Positions 41,453 to 55,338 of a DNA stretch of 64,000 bases are shown piece by piece. Position 1 is the stretch's first letter, and each line of letters starts with the position of its first letter. The notes beneath the pieces were generated by a model, which worked only from the letters and a program-made list of their open reading frames with translations, ran no database searches and was not told the DNA's origin. Source of the DNA: the human T2T-CHM13v2.0 reference genome, Homo sapiens; the NCBI RefSeq assembly GCF_009914755.1, contig NC_060926.1; one strand, written 5' to 3'. The position numbers were made by a program, and so were the translations under genes.

Positions 41453-41645
41453 CAGTGGTTCTCATCCCAGGGCTGTGCATTTGAATCACCTGGAGAGCTT
41501 TGCAAGGAGCATTGCCTGAGCCCATTTTTCCTATGTTCTGAATTAATTGTCTTGGATGGGACCCAAGCAAGGATATTGATAAAGTGAAGAAACAAAAGCT
41601 TCCAGGTCATTCTAAAATGGAACAAGAGTTGCAAATTGCTACATT
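41453..41645. mobile_element. MER5A/B-like hAT-Charlie MITE
   Basis: cagtggttctc...ggctgtgcatttgaatcacctggagagcttt...aaagcttccaggtcattctaa. Confidence 0.65.
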
Positions 41646-42924
41646 GGAGGAATTCATGAGTAAAAAATCCTTCTATTAATAATTATTGAGTCCCAGTATT
41701 TGTCAGGCATTGTTCTAGATCCTTGACACACAGTTGGCACAAATAGGCACAAACAGTATTCATAAAGAGCTGACATGGATAATACCATTACCATACAATT
41801 ACAAACTGTGATACTGATCAACAGCTAACATTTGTCATTAGTAATAATATCAACATAATTATTTTGTTAAGTATGTCCAGATATGTATTTCTACTATAAT
41901 AAACCATGTATATGTGATATATATGTGTATATAATATATAGAGTAAAATGTATATATATATACACACACATATGTAGTTGAATATATACAGTCAGAGTCT
42001 GTCATATACAAAGAGGTGGATATATACAGGTTTGGTTATATAAATATATTCATACATAGTAGGATGAATATATATGTTTATATAGTTGGACATAGTAACA
42101 TATACATGCATATACAGTCATGTACAAATATATACATATGTGGTATACAGATATATTAAGATAAAACTTGAAAGTCATTATATTAATGCTATTAAGAACA
42201 GATTTTGTTTCATGAGTGGAAAAATATAACATTTAGAAAGTTAAGAAGAAAACTTATAATTTTTGTTTATATTGGAAGTATCAGTATAAAATACTGATTT
42301 ATTTGCTTCCTTTTAAGACCAAACTTATGTCCTGTCTATTCACTGACATGGCTTAGAAGCAATTATAACACTGTCTCAATGAACACTCCTTTTTAATGTG
42401 TCTTCCTTTAAAACTTATCTTTTGTTTTACAAAGAAAAAACATGCAATATATCCAAAAGAGCAAATTGTACCACATGGTTTGAAATCTCAGATGCTCTCG
42501 AATATACATGCAGATGTAAAGGAGCATCTCTCCGGATGGTGAGATTGTGTGCCTAAGAATTACACCCTCCCTCTTCCCCTGGTTGTAAGCTGATGCCTGG
42601 CAGCGCACAACTAAAAATTATAACACCACTATATTGAGAACTTCCCATGAGCCCTCAATGTTCTGAGCCCTTAAGGTACACCAATTCTATACTCACAACT
42701 ACCCTTTATGTAGATGTCATTGTGATCTCTGATTCATAGGTGACACAGAGAGGAAAGCAATGGCCATGCCCGGCTTTCACCCAAGTGATCTGAATCTGTG
42801 TAGTGCTATTGGCCAAAGCACCACAACACTATCCTGCCCAGAGAGCCAGAATAACTTCAGTGTTTTAGACAGGGAAAGCTGTGTGTCATTTTTATTAGTT
42901 CACTTACTTCCCTCCCTCCTATGT

Positions 42925-44560
42925 GATTGAAGTATAATTGACAAATAAAACTGTATACATTTACAGTGTATGAAATGATGATTTGATAGGTATGCATTTT
43001 GAAATAATTACCACAATCAAATTAGCTAACACATCCATCACCTCATGTAGTTATCCTTTTCTTTGTTTTGTAGTGAGAACACAAGACCTACTCTCAGCAA
43101 AAGTCAAGCATACAATAGAGTATTATTAACTATAGTCACCATGCTGTACAATTATATTCAGAGAATGTATTCATATTAGAAGTGCAAGTTTGTACCTTGA
43201 TCAACATCTCTCCATTTTCTTCACACCCCAGTCCCTCGCAACCACTGTTCCACTCTCTGCTTCTCTGAGTTCAACATTTTTCAGATTCCTCATATAAGTG
43301 AGATAATGCAGTATTTGTCTTTCTGTGCCTGGATATTTCACTTAGTACAATGCCCACTAGGCTCATCTATGATGTTGCAAGTGGCAGGTTTTCTTTTTTA
43401 TGGATGAATAATATTCCATTGTATAAATGCCACAATTTTTTATCCCTTTATTGATCAAGAAACACTTAGGTCGCTTCCGTATCTTGGCTGCTATGACTAA
43501 TGCTGCAATGAACATTGGATTGCAGATATCTCTTTCAGATACTGATTTCATTTCCTTCAGATATATACAAAGTAGTTGTATTACTGGATTTTATGGTAGT
43601 TTCTTTTTTTTTTTTAGAAACCTCCATACCGTTTCTTATAACTATGCTAATTTACATTCCCAACAACAGTGTAAAAGAGTTCTGTTTTCTCCACCTCCTC
43701 ACCAACACCTATCTCCTTCTTTATAAAGAGCCATCCTAACGGGTGTGAGGTGACGTCTCATTGTGGTTTTGATTTCTATTTTCCTGATGATTAGCAGTGT
43801 TGAGCATCTTTCTGTGTGCCTGTTGGCCATTTGTATGCCTTGTTTGGAAAAACGTCAATTTAGTCTTTTGCTCATTTTTAAATTGGGTTATTTGTTTTTT
43901 TGCTACTGAGTTGTACTTGTTCTTTAAATGTTTGGGTATTAACCCCTTATGAGATATTCGGCTTGCAAATATTTTCTCCAATTTGATAGTTTGCCTTTTA
44001 ATTTTTTTAATTCTTTTTCTTTTTTGTACAGAAGGTTTTTAGTTTGATATAGTCCCACTTGCTCATTTTTGTCTTTGTTGTCTGTGCTTTAGATATCTTA
44101 GCCCATTTCAGTTTCTTATACAAGAATAGCTAAAACTGGGTAATTTACAAAGAAAAGAAATTTATTTCTTACAGTGATAGAAGTTGAGAAGTCCAAGGTC
44201 AAGGGGGGCAGATTTGGTCAGGGTCCTCTTGCTTATGGGGACTCTGCAGAGTCTCGAGACAGCCCAGGGCATCACATAGCAAGGTGCCTGAGTGCTCTAA
44301 CATGGTAGCTCAGGTCCCTCTCCTTCATCTTATAAAGCCACCAGTCCCATTCCCATGACAACCCATCAATCCATTAAACCATTAATCCATTAATTAGTAA
44401 ATGGATTAATCTATTCATGAGGTCAGAATACTCATGAGCTAATCAATCATCTGTTACGGGCTGCACCTCTCAATACTGCCACATTGGGGATTAAGTTTCC
44501 ACATGAGTTTCACAGGACAAACGTTCAAGTTATAGCAGTGTCATATCCAAAAAAGTATCA
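42925..44560 (-). mobile_element. L1MA (MA9/10-like) 3' region, interrupted by an MST LTR at 44094-44537
   Basis: 3' UTR tattattaactatagtcaccatgctgtaca; degenerate ORF2 C-terminal peptides in ORFs 43363-43551 and 43736-43981; L1 resumes with gtgtcatatccaaaaa after the LTR. Confidence 0.85.
44094..44537 (-). mobile_element. MST-family (MSTB2/MSTC-like) solo LTR nested in the L1
   Basis: ctgggtaatttacaaagaaaagaaatttattt...tcttataaagccaccagtccc...cacattggggattaagtttccacatgag...ttatagCA. Confidence 0.85.
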
Positions 44561-45075
44561 TTTACTTTGGAAAGCAATGAGCAATCACTCTGAGTGTGCT
44601 GGGCATTTCTCCACTCTGCCTTGTTCAATACACTGAGCCATATTTTATAATATTCTGCCTCAACACTTCAACTTCCAGCATGTTCTCCTCCCTAACAGAT
44701 TTGCTAATAAATGCAGTCACAATGGTCTGCTTTATATAGCCTCATTCTATTCTCTCTTCCAAGAGGGTATGGTGAACCTGCCTCCTTCAGATCTACTACT
44801 CAACACCAAATCCCTGCCCCTTCTAAATGTCCAAACACCAGATTTTACACACACACTCCCTCTCTCCCTCACATACACACTCACAAACACAAACATGTGT
44901 TCGGAAAAAGAGTAGGTACTAAGATACACATGCATTATTTTAATTCCCAGGGAATAGTTTAAAATAAGTAAGTAATAAATACTTGTCAAAGTATAATTTT
45001 CAATAAGTTAAAAACATAGCTCTCATGCAAATATAAACTCATAGGTCTTATACAAATATAAACTCAGCACATCGT

Positions 45076-45080
<5 letters not shown>

Positions 45081-45118
<38 letters not shown>
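45081..45118. repeat. Perfect (TG)19 microsatellite
   Basis: Directly visible; purine-pyrimidine alternation extends about 45073-45121. Confidence 0.95.
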
Positions 45119-45121
<3 letters not shown>

Positions 45122-45279
45122 TAAACTTATTAAGGCAGGAACCAGTAAAATGGTAAAGCTAATTCAAAGAGTATTTTTTGGGAACTGTGTATTCAGAGAC
45201 ATTTGGTGAGGGTGGGGGGAGGCGGAAGAAAATAATATTGGAATAAAATTGCTAGGTAGATACAAAATTAGTTAATGTA

Positions 45280-45901
45280 TGTATTAGTCAAGATTCTCCA
45301 GAGAAACAGAACCAATGGGATATATATATATACATACACATACACACACACGCACACACAAATACATATATACACGCACACACACACATATACACATATA
45401 TATGAAATCATTTATTATGAAAATGGGCTCACATGATTATGGAGGCCAAGAAGTCCCAGGATATGCTGTCTGTAAGCTGGAGAAGAGGGAGGCTGGTGGT
45501 GTAATTCAGTCTGAGTCCAAAGATCTGAGAACTGGGGGAACCAGTGGTGTGACCCTCCATCTGAGGCCCAAGGTCTGAGAAATTAACGAACCACTGGTAT
45601 CAGACCCAGAGCCCAAGGACCCAAGAACCTGGAATTCTGATGTCCAGGAAGAAAAGAAGATGAATATTCCAGCCCCAGGAGAGAGAGAGAAAATTCAGCT
45701 TTCCTCTGCCTTTTTGTTCTATCTGGTCCCTCAATGGATTGGATGGTGCCTGCTCACATTGGTGAGGGTGAATATTTCTACTGATTCAAATGCCAATATT
45801 TTCCATAAACACCCTCACAGATATAACCAAAAATAACACTTTACCAGCTGCCTGGATATCCCTTAACCCAGTCAACTTGACACCTAATAGTAACCATCAC
45901 A
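45280..45901 (-). mobile_element. MLT2 (ERVL) solo LTR with an internal (TA)/(CA) tract
   Basis: TGTATTAGTCAAGATTCTCCAGAGAAACAGAACCAAT...GTCAACTTGACAC...AACCATCACA; near TSD atgta/atgtc. Confidence 0.88.
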
Positions 45902-47900
45902 ATGTCTTACAGGGTTATAAAACTTGGGGGTTATACCTTCTCTATTGGACACACATTTATAAGTTAGCATGTGACAACTTCACAGTATCTAAGCTCTGAT
46001 CACCCAGGAACTAGCCAAACCAAATGACATGTGCATTTTTCTGGAAAATTAAATAATTGTTAAATGGATTTGCTTCAAATTGTTCCAGGAGGATACTGAA
46101 AGATCATACTATATTTTCTTATGATTTCAAAGCTTTAGATAGTGTTTTCTTAACACATTTATTCATTGGTTCATTTATTACAGTAATTAGTGAATTTCTT
46201 CTACTCTACACCATTCAGCCTTCCAACACTCTTGTCAAGGAACATCCTGGTATCCCACTGGGTATCCCACTCAAGATGAAATTTAAATTGTAAAACCCAT
46301 GAACTTCAGAGCATCAAATCCCCCTCAAAAGGATAGAATGTCCTCAATAATATCCTTGTACCTCATCACTGCTGAACTATTTCACACTGATGAGCTCCCC
46401 TGCAAGTTTTTGGGCATCACTGAAAATTGCTGAGTCCCTTGATGATTATATAAAACCTTGGCAAACATTGAACATAAAGGACTAGGGAACACTTTACCCC
46501 TACGTGTGCTCAGAACTCAGGTAGACTCATGTCTGCCCTATACCCAGGAAGAAAGTGTGCGTAACTGATCAGTTTGCCATAGCAGAAAAGACCAACTCAA
46601 ACATTGAAATAAAGACTAAAGGAAAAATGTGCTGGGCAAATGTTAACCTATGAGCTCCCCCAACCCTAGGTAAACCAAGTTTAATGAGTTCCATCAATAA
46701 CAAACTAATTTTTCTGAGAGAAAACACACACTTGGAAACAGCTGTTGGGCTGTAGGTATTGCTGTGCCCATCAAGGTCTGGGCAATCCGGCACACGAGGA
46801 GGGGATTAATAGTTAAAGCTCAACTATAATAGTCTCCATGCTGCTATCTCATCGATAGAAGGGATTTGCCAAATAGAATTTTTGTTCTCTCACTTCCACA
46901 AACACTTCAGCCTTCATCTCATCACACACAAAAAAAATGAAAAGCAAGGAAGAGAACTAATTACTTTTGGAAAAAAGAAAAAACAAACACAACAAAATAC
47001 ATTAAATTGGAGGTCAGATCACCATTAACTTAGGTTGCCAACTCAATCTATATAATTGTGGCTTAGGACGGATCAGTCTTTGTCAAATATGATTTGTTTT
47101 GTGGCAAGAAAGCTTTTGATCTCGGCATTAGAGTCAGCTGGGCTTCAGAGAAAGACTTACTGTCCGCAGGAAGTGCAGGGGTTGGTGGTATATAGCATGA
47201 AGCCACGGAGTTGTGGGTTAGGCCTTCTTGAAAATGAAGGGGAAGGATTTAAGTTACTTTAGATGATTAAAAGGAAAATAGAAATAGACATCTTTGGCCC
47301 CATGAGAGGAGAGGTTTGTATTTTTCTATTGCATGTTTTTTTTTTCCAAATAGAGTTTGGAAACCATTATGTTTATCATTTGTTCCTTGAAATTTTAATC
47401 CGTCTTCCTCACTCAATGTATTTTTTGAGATGCTTGCCTGTGTAAGTTGAGATTGTGTGTTTCTAGCATGACAGTTTTGTTGCCATGGAGAATTTGATTT
47501 CTTATGTCAAGGCATTTTCAGCTCCCTGGGCTCATGGATGGATAAAAAGATTTAAAATCCTTACCTCCCGCTTTGGCACAGATTCCATGCACACTTACCA
47601 CCCCCCATACCACTTCCTTGGGCAGTACTTGTTACAAATTGCTAAGGACCCTAAAGGTGTTCTGAAGTTGGTTTTCATCTTGATGTCATCAGGCCATCCA
47701 TGAGGAGATGAGGGTTGGAAGCAAGCAAAAATCAGGGTTCATTTGCACAATTAGCATTTCAGCTGTCTAGGGACTTTTTCCAGATTACAAGGGAAAATCC
47801 TGGGAACCCAATTTCATAAACAACACTACAACGTCTGCTCTCTGGAGGCAACATGAGTCTTCTCTCTGGATTTATTAAGCCCCACAGAATATATATCTAA

Positions 47901-48269
<369 letters not shown>

Positions 48270-48749
48270 TCTAATGTGTTTTAAAAGACAGTAAGCTATA
48301 CAGAAATGGGTCAGTGGATTACCCCCTCTCCCTGTGAACCACCCTTCTCTCTTTTCAGCACCTTTCCTTTCTTGTGTCCTGTCCTAGCTGTCCCAGGCAT
48401 GGTAAGCATCCAAATCTATGCTTTCCTCTGTTTCATCACACTCTCCCTTCCCAGTCGAATTGTGTATGGTGGGTAGAAGCTGGGACATCCACCAGGAGCT
48501 TGTTACAAATGCAGAATCTTGGCTTCTACCCAGAACTCCTGGATCAGAACCCGTGCATTAACAGCTGGTGCTTCTGCAAATTGAAATTTGAGATGCAGCA
48601 TTCTAGAGTATCACTGAACCTTTTGTTATTTCAGTTCTCACCTCTATGACTTATTTACTGTGGATCTTAGGGGTAGGAGAGAGTAGAAAGAATCAAAGTT
48701 GGCTAAGTTATTAAAAAGAAGGAATTGTGTTGAAAACTTTTGTTCTTCA

Positions 48750-48895
48750 TTTCTGTCATCACTTCAGTACTCTGGTACTCATTTTTCTCATTTTTTAAGA
48801 TGGAGAAACAGAGTCAGAGAGGTTAAGTCAGTGGCCCAAAACTACACAGCTAATTTTGGTAGGGCTTGAATTTGAATCTAGGTCTGTCTACTCCA
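48750..48895 (-). mobile_element. MIR
   Basis: agatggagaaacagagtcagagaggttaagtca...cacagctaa...atttgaatctaggtctgtct. Confidence 0.7.
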
Positions 48896-50704
48896 CATTA
48901 ATCAATATCTTTATTGATGTTGATGTAAGATCTTAGTCTGAATAAAGATGCTCTTGACATAATTAGCTTTCAGGTAATTTTGGTATTCCCTTAGGGTTCT
49001 CAGTATTTTAACTAAAATAATAGATTTTCAGACATCAAGGAAGAAAGAGAAACCTATATATCTTGCCTTTTGAATGCCCCTAAAATCATACTGTGTGGCC
49101 TAATATGCCTGAGGGAAAAACTAACCTTGACCTGGATATTTAAACAATGCCTTAGGCCTCTTCTTTTACTAGGACAGCTATAGATCATTGAAAGATACAG
49201 GACAGAAACCTTCTGCTATTTAATAGGAGCCTTGGGATCCTGTCTCAAATTGAGACAAATTCAATGTGATAGCCCTCTATTCAGGCTGGCTAATTGCAAA
49301 ACCACATGATGAGGAGGAGGAGAAGGAAAGGGATTATAGAAAATTTGTTACTGGCTACTAATCAAAAGATTTGAACATCACCATTTGGCACAAAAAAAAA
49401 GTTCCAAGAAAGAAGCGAATTTCATGTACTTCATCCTTTACTTTTTTTTTTCCTGATTGTAAGTCACTTCCTTTGAAAGGCCAGGTTGCGATGACTTCTA
49501 AGCAGCACTCCATGAAATGCAGTAAACCATCACTTTGATGTTTCTAACACTTTGCAAAGAGACAAGAGCTTCTTTAATTCATTAGTTCATTGAATTTAAC
49601 TTAAAGCATTGCAACAAACCTGTAAGAATAGAATTAAGAGCATGATTATTAGTGACATATTTGTCTAGTGATTGGCAGTTTATAACAGCAATTTACAATG
49701 TCAGTTTACAATGTTTTCAATGTGTGTCACATTTAGGAGGAAATAAGCTATGTTCAGCTGGAACATTGTGTGGTAGATGTTTTTCCTTCGTCTAACTGGG
49801 AATAGTTAGAAGGAGTCTACTGGATATGTTGTTGGATACTGGAGTCTTCTTCTCGAGAAGCCTTTCATTTAAACATTGTGGACATGTCCTTAAAAACATG
49901 AGTTTAGGTTTACTGAATTCTCCATGAGAAGTGAAAATGGCAACATATAACAAACGCCAAAGAAACAGAAAATGGGAGTTAATATAATCCTTTAGTTCAT
50001 CTTTCTCCAGATTTTCAATTTGAAGACTCCTTCTTTCATGGTGACCCCCTCCTCATTTCTCCTTTTGAGTATCTCACTCCTTGCTTATTTCAGTTATATT
50101 CATCTACGCAATTGGTTGATCATGTCTGGACTTTAATTTTCTAGCCAATGAAAATGTTTCATTAAAAATCCAGATTTGATCAAAGAACTTTTATCATTTG
50201 TTTTGCTAAGGACTGGCTTCTAATGAATCTTTTCTACAAAAAATATCCATGGCAATCAGAAAGCGTTCTGGGGTATCTTTATTGGTGTGCTTCTGTGTGT
50301 GAATAACAGAAAATCCAGCTCACACTGGTTGAAAAATATTAAATTATTCAGATTAGGCACATAAAGATTGAAAGGTGTTCATATTTCTATTTCCAGAACA
50401 GGGTGGTTACAAGATCCTTTACCCTATAATACTTTATTAAGCTGAACATTCATTTTGTGAGACTTTTTGTATCTGTGGGTTTTTTTTTTTTTCATTACAA
50501 AAGGATTAAAGGTAAAAATTAATTATTAAAAACAAAAGGAAATTCTCAAAAAGGGCAGGCTCCAGGGCTGCCAGATTTAATTCAACAATACCATCCTCAG
50601 TGGCAGCATTGTCCTGGAACTGATAAGCCTGCCCAACATCTCAGCCAGCTTTACAACATTCTGGGAATCAATGAGACCATGACCTCCTGTGGCTTGTTTT
50701 TTAA

Positions 50705-50890
50705 GCTATCAGAGTGTGAGCCCTGGAATAGCAGCATAATGAACATCTCCTAGGAACTTGATAAAAATGTAGATTATCTAGACTCACACCAACCTACTAA
50801 ATTAGAAATTCTGGCAGTAGAAACCTATGTTTTCCCAAGTTCCTTAAGTGATTCTGATGCTCACAAAACTTTGGGAAGCACTTCTTAGAG
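50705..50890. mobile_element. MER5A
   Basis: gcagcat...catctcctaggaacttgataaaaatgtagatt...acctactaaattagaaattctgg...gtgattctgatgc. Confidence 0.65.
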
Positions 50891-51074
50891 CACTGAAACT
50901 CTTCAAGGATCCAAGACCCAGAATCACCCTTTCCTATTTCACCAGCTTCCACAATTTGGTCATCTGCCCAGTCCTGAAACAATCACAGTCAAGGAGGTTG
51001 GAATTACCATCGCTGAATTTACATTCATTATCTGATAGAGAATAATCAACCATGTCTATAAATCTTCATTCTAT

Positions 51075-51155
51075 CCCTTTCTCTCTCCCTTTCTCTCCTT
51101 CTCTCTCTCCTCTCCTTCTCTCTTTCCTCTTTCTCTCCTTTCTCTCTCTCTCTTT
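51075..51155. repeat. CT-rich homopyrimidine tract (about 80 bp)
   Basis: ccctttctctctccctttctctccttctctctctcc...; explains the apparent 166-aa ORF at 51052. Confidence 0.85.
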
Positions 51156-51761
51156 CACAGTAATACAATTCAATACACTCATATTTAATCATTTTGTGTC
51201 CATAGTTGTGATGCCTGTGAGTTTATATATATATATATATTATTTTATCCATGGTATGGTAGACACTAACCATACTATTTTTATAGAAGTAGGGAAATCA
51301 CTTATCCAAAGTCACAAGGTAGAAAGTGACCTTTTAAACTCAAAAACACCAGAATTCGACCAGGCACTGTCTTTTAAAAGAAAATTGCTCCAAGAATCTA
51401 AGTTAAATGTAATATGCTCAACTGTGCATAAAGTATATACTGCTCATGAGAAAAAAAATGTAAGTGGTAATGTCATCAATATGAGATCTGCAGTTTCAAA
51501 TCACTTCCAATTCCAGTTCTCCCTTTTCCCTTTGATAATCTTGGGAGAGTAATTTTTTTCCATATGCCTAAAAACAGGAACAGTGTTTTACCTTGCTGCT
51601 GAATCTTCTATATATATATAAAATCAGGTATACATAATCCACTAGAATCCACTAACAATCTCTTAGTCCTGAGCAGCAGATGGGCAGAGTTAGAGTGTAT
51701 TGATTTGCCAAGTTAAAATTGAACTGAGCCTCTACTCATTTTATAAGAGAAATTTTACAAC

Positions 51762-51940
51762 AACACTGGCCGATAGAAAATTCTGCAAGGATGGAAATAT
51801 GTGTAAGTGTGCTATGCAAGGTATTCACTAGCAACACGGCTACTAAGTATTTAAACGTGGCTACTGTGACTAAGAAATTCAATTTTTAATTTATTTTAAG
51901 TGAAATTTAAATTTAAATATTCACTACCATATTGAACAAT
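51762..51940. mobile_element. MER3-like hAT-Charlie MITE
   Basis: atagaaaattctgcaaggatggaaat...cactagcaacacggctact...gtggctactgtgactaagaaattcaattttt...ctaccatattgaaca. Confidence 0.7.
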
Positions 51941-52389
51941 TAGTTTTAAAGCCTGTAAGTTTTATATACATGACACTCCCATCCAAGTTTTTTAAAATGC
52001 CTGGGTGTTTTTATGCACACATGAATCAGCCCTTGGTCTGTAGGGGTCATGAATATGGAATATCCATCTTGGGTCTGAACTCCAATTCTTCCCAGCCCAG
52101 ACTGCCCTCCTGCCAAACCCCCTCACTTCTTTTATAACTTCTGAACTATGAAACAGGCAGACAGACCTCCTTTCCTGCTCCATCAGGGCCTTGATTGCTC
52201 CATTTTTCCAAAGGGAAGATATTTATTGGAGGACATCAGCAAAACTGTCTTGAGTACTGAGCGTCTTTCAAAATAATAACACAGCTTTCTCACTATAGAC
52301 ACTGACAGACACACCAGTGTGAAGCCAGGTTCACACACTGTCTCAGAGGCTGTTCGTGCTCATATGCCTCAGACTTCACCATTTCAGCC

Positions 52390-53150
52390 AAAAGCCAGCA
52401 TCTTGGAAGCTGAGCAGAGACAGGACTTTTTGTGGAAGTAATTATTGAGGCGGTGGTCTCTGGAGATAGGGCCTGAGGGAAGCAGGGTAAGACAGAGGGG
52501 AAAGCTAGCAAGAGTATAGTCTCCACTGAAGTCAAGGTTCCTTCAGATGCCACAAAGATGTTCTAGACCTCAGACTACACTGTAAAGTCTGTCATGCCTT
52601 GAGACACTGGGACCAGCCTTTTGAACTTTGTATCAATCTGACACTCGCTGAGTTGAGGACATGGGAAGTGATAGCTCCCAGGCAAGAAGGCTTCTCTTTG
52701 GCCAAGGACAAATCTCTGGAAAAGGGGATAGTTCTAGTTGTCATCTAGCACTCACAGCTGAAGGATGAGTTCACCTGCTAGAGAGGATCTGGATAGAGAC
52801 CTGAGAACATCCTCAACAAGACCACTTTCAACCCTAAGAGCTAAGCTTCTCCTCTCGGTGTTTCTCTCTGTGCTTTAGATGCCACCCTGCTCTTCAGAAG
52901 CTCTCAATTAATACCTGACCAAGTTGGTGTATAAAAACCCCAGCTCCCTCCCACTCAAATGAGATAACCCTAAGGTGCTTCCTATCCCACTGGGATGAAA
53001 CTCACTCACAGGGATGATGTCCTGATGATGTCCCATAGATGGGCTTTCCTTTCTGCTCTGCCTCATCTTCCTGGGATCACTTCCCAAATGAACTACTTGC
53101 ATTCAAATCCTTGTTTTGTAACTGACTTCCAGGAAAGCCAAACTAAGTCA
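52390..53150. mobile_element. Ancient ERVL LTR16/LTR33-like fragments in opposite orientations (about 52390-52810 -, about 52900-53150 +)
   Basis: The + fragment ends cctgggatcacttcccaaatgaactacttgcattcaaatccttg...ccaaactaagtCA (LTR16-type 3' end); the left fragment starts with a degenerate reverse complement of it. Confidence 0.55.
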
Positions 53151-53376
53151 TACACAGAATCACTCTCCCTAGACATTACTCTTTTGGCAGCCATCAACTA
53201 TAATAACCGGGTCTGATTATTATCCAAAATCACCACTCCCTTAGGTGAACCTCCTCTTAAAAGCTCCTTTGTTGTTTTCTGCAGACTGGTCTCAATCAGG
53301 GTCATTCCAGATTTTCTTACAGGTGTTTATCATTTTTGCAACCCACATGGTGCATGGTGTGTTGGCAAGTTCCCAC

Positions 53377-53378
<2 letters not shown>

Positions 53379-53419
<41 letters not shown>

Positions 53420-53689
53420 GTGATGAAGTCCCACTCTGTTGCCCAGGCTGGATTGCAGTGTCATGATCTTGGCTCATTGAAACCTCTGCTTCCCGGGTTC
53501 AAGTGATTCTCCTGCCTCAGCCTCCCGAGTAGCTGGGATTACAGGCACACATCACCATGCCCTGTTAATTTTTGTATTTTGAGTAGAGATGGGGTTTCAC
53601 CATGTTGGCCACACTGGTCTTGAATTCCTGACCTCAGATGATCCGCCCGCCTTGGCCTCCCAAAGTGCTAGGATTACAGGCGTGAGCCA
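53379..53689 (-). mobile_element. AluS with (TTTA)n tail, about 12 nt 5'-truncated, TSD CAAGTTCCCACTT
   Basis: TSD at 53366-53378 and 53688-53700; the Alu ends at gtgagcca and lacks the GGCCGGGCGCGG start. Confidence 0.93.
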
Positions 53690-54280
53690 AGTTCCCACTT
53701 TATTTTCCCCTGGTTAACTCCTTAGTCCCTAATTAATGTGGAACTGGAAGTGCAGGAGGCGTGGCCTGGACCAGGCTGCAACACCTTAGCCTTCCTGCAC
53801 CTGCCCAGGAGCAGAAAGATTACGCCCAGGGTTCTTGCCAACAGCTTTCCTCCTCAAAGATTCTTGCCCAGCCACAGGTCCTATTACACATGGGTGATCC
53901 CGTTCTACAGGGAGGAGCAGGAAGCCCTTCTGAGTGCTACAAGCATGTCTGTGAATGTTGTTATTACTCTTACACATACTGCATAATGTTCGATATTTAT
54001 GGGAGAGCCTCTTTCTGTTATTCATTACTATTACCAGGTAGCTGTGTCCCTAAAACATCTAGAACTTTTACTTACAGAGGCATCGACCATTTAATAATTA
54101 AAGATGTGGCTAGTGATTCAAGTTAGCCTCACAGTAATTTGTGAGAATATGCTTGTAGTTTCATAGGGCCTTCTGGAAGACAGCAGAAGTAACTGCCTGG
54201 GAAACTTGTTTCCTATAGGGTTTATTTTAGGCTTTAAAAAAAAAAATGGTCAGGCTGTATTTTTAAAACAGATTAGGTGT

Positions 54281-54593
<313 letters not shown>

Positions 54594-54987
54594 TTAGGCA
54601 TGAAAATGCTATGCTGCTATGTGTGTGTATGACGCTTTCAACTCCAGTTGGTCTTGGACTAAATGTACTCTCTTTTTTTGAAAGACGGTTGTGAAATATC
54701 GTTTTGCAGAGACTAGTATATAATCCATTTTGTGCCCATTTCCAGTGTGTGGCATCAATCACTTCTCATTTCCCTTTTTGAGTTAGAAGTGGAAATAAGT
54801 GTAGAAACTGAGGAATTTCTGCATTTTCTACTGGTTATTCTGCTTCATGCTTACAGCCTACCCTAGTGTGTGCAGTTTGGAATGCAGGATTAGCAATAAG
54901 TGTCTTGGTATATAGAAGTGAGCATGGAGTGACTGGGAGGCAGGAGATCTGGTTTTGTTTTGTTTTGTTTTTCTTACTTAAAACTGC

Positions 54988-55338
<351 letters not shown>

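Noticed and set aside
51052-51552. Longest ORF in the track (166 aa) with a hydrophobic N-terminus resembling a signal peptide
   Set aside because: The hydrophobicity comes from a CT-rich simple repeat and a (TA)n run, followed by MIR-like sequence; no recognisable domain.
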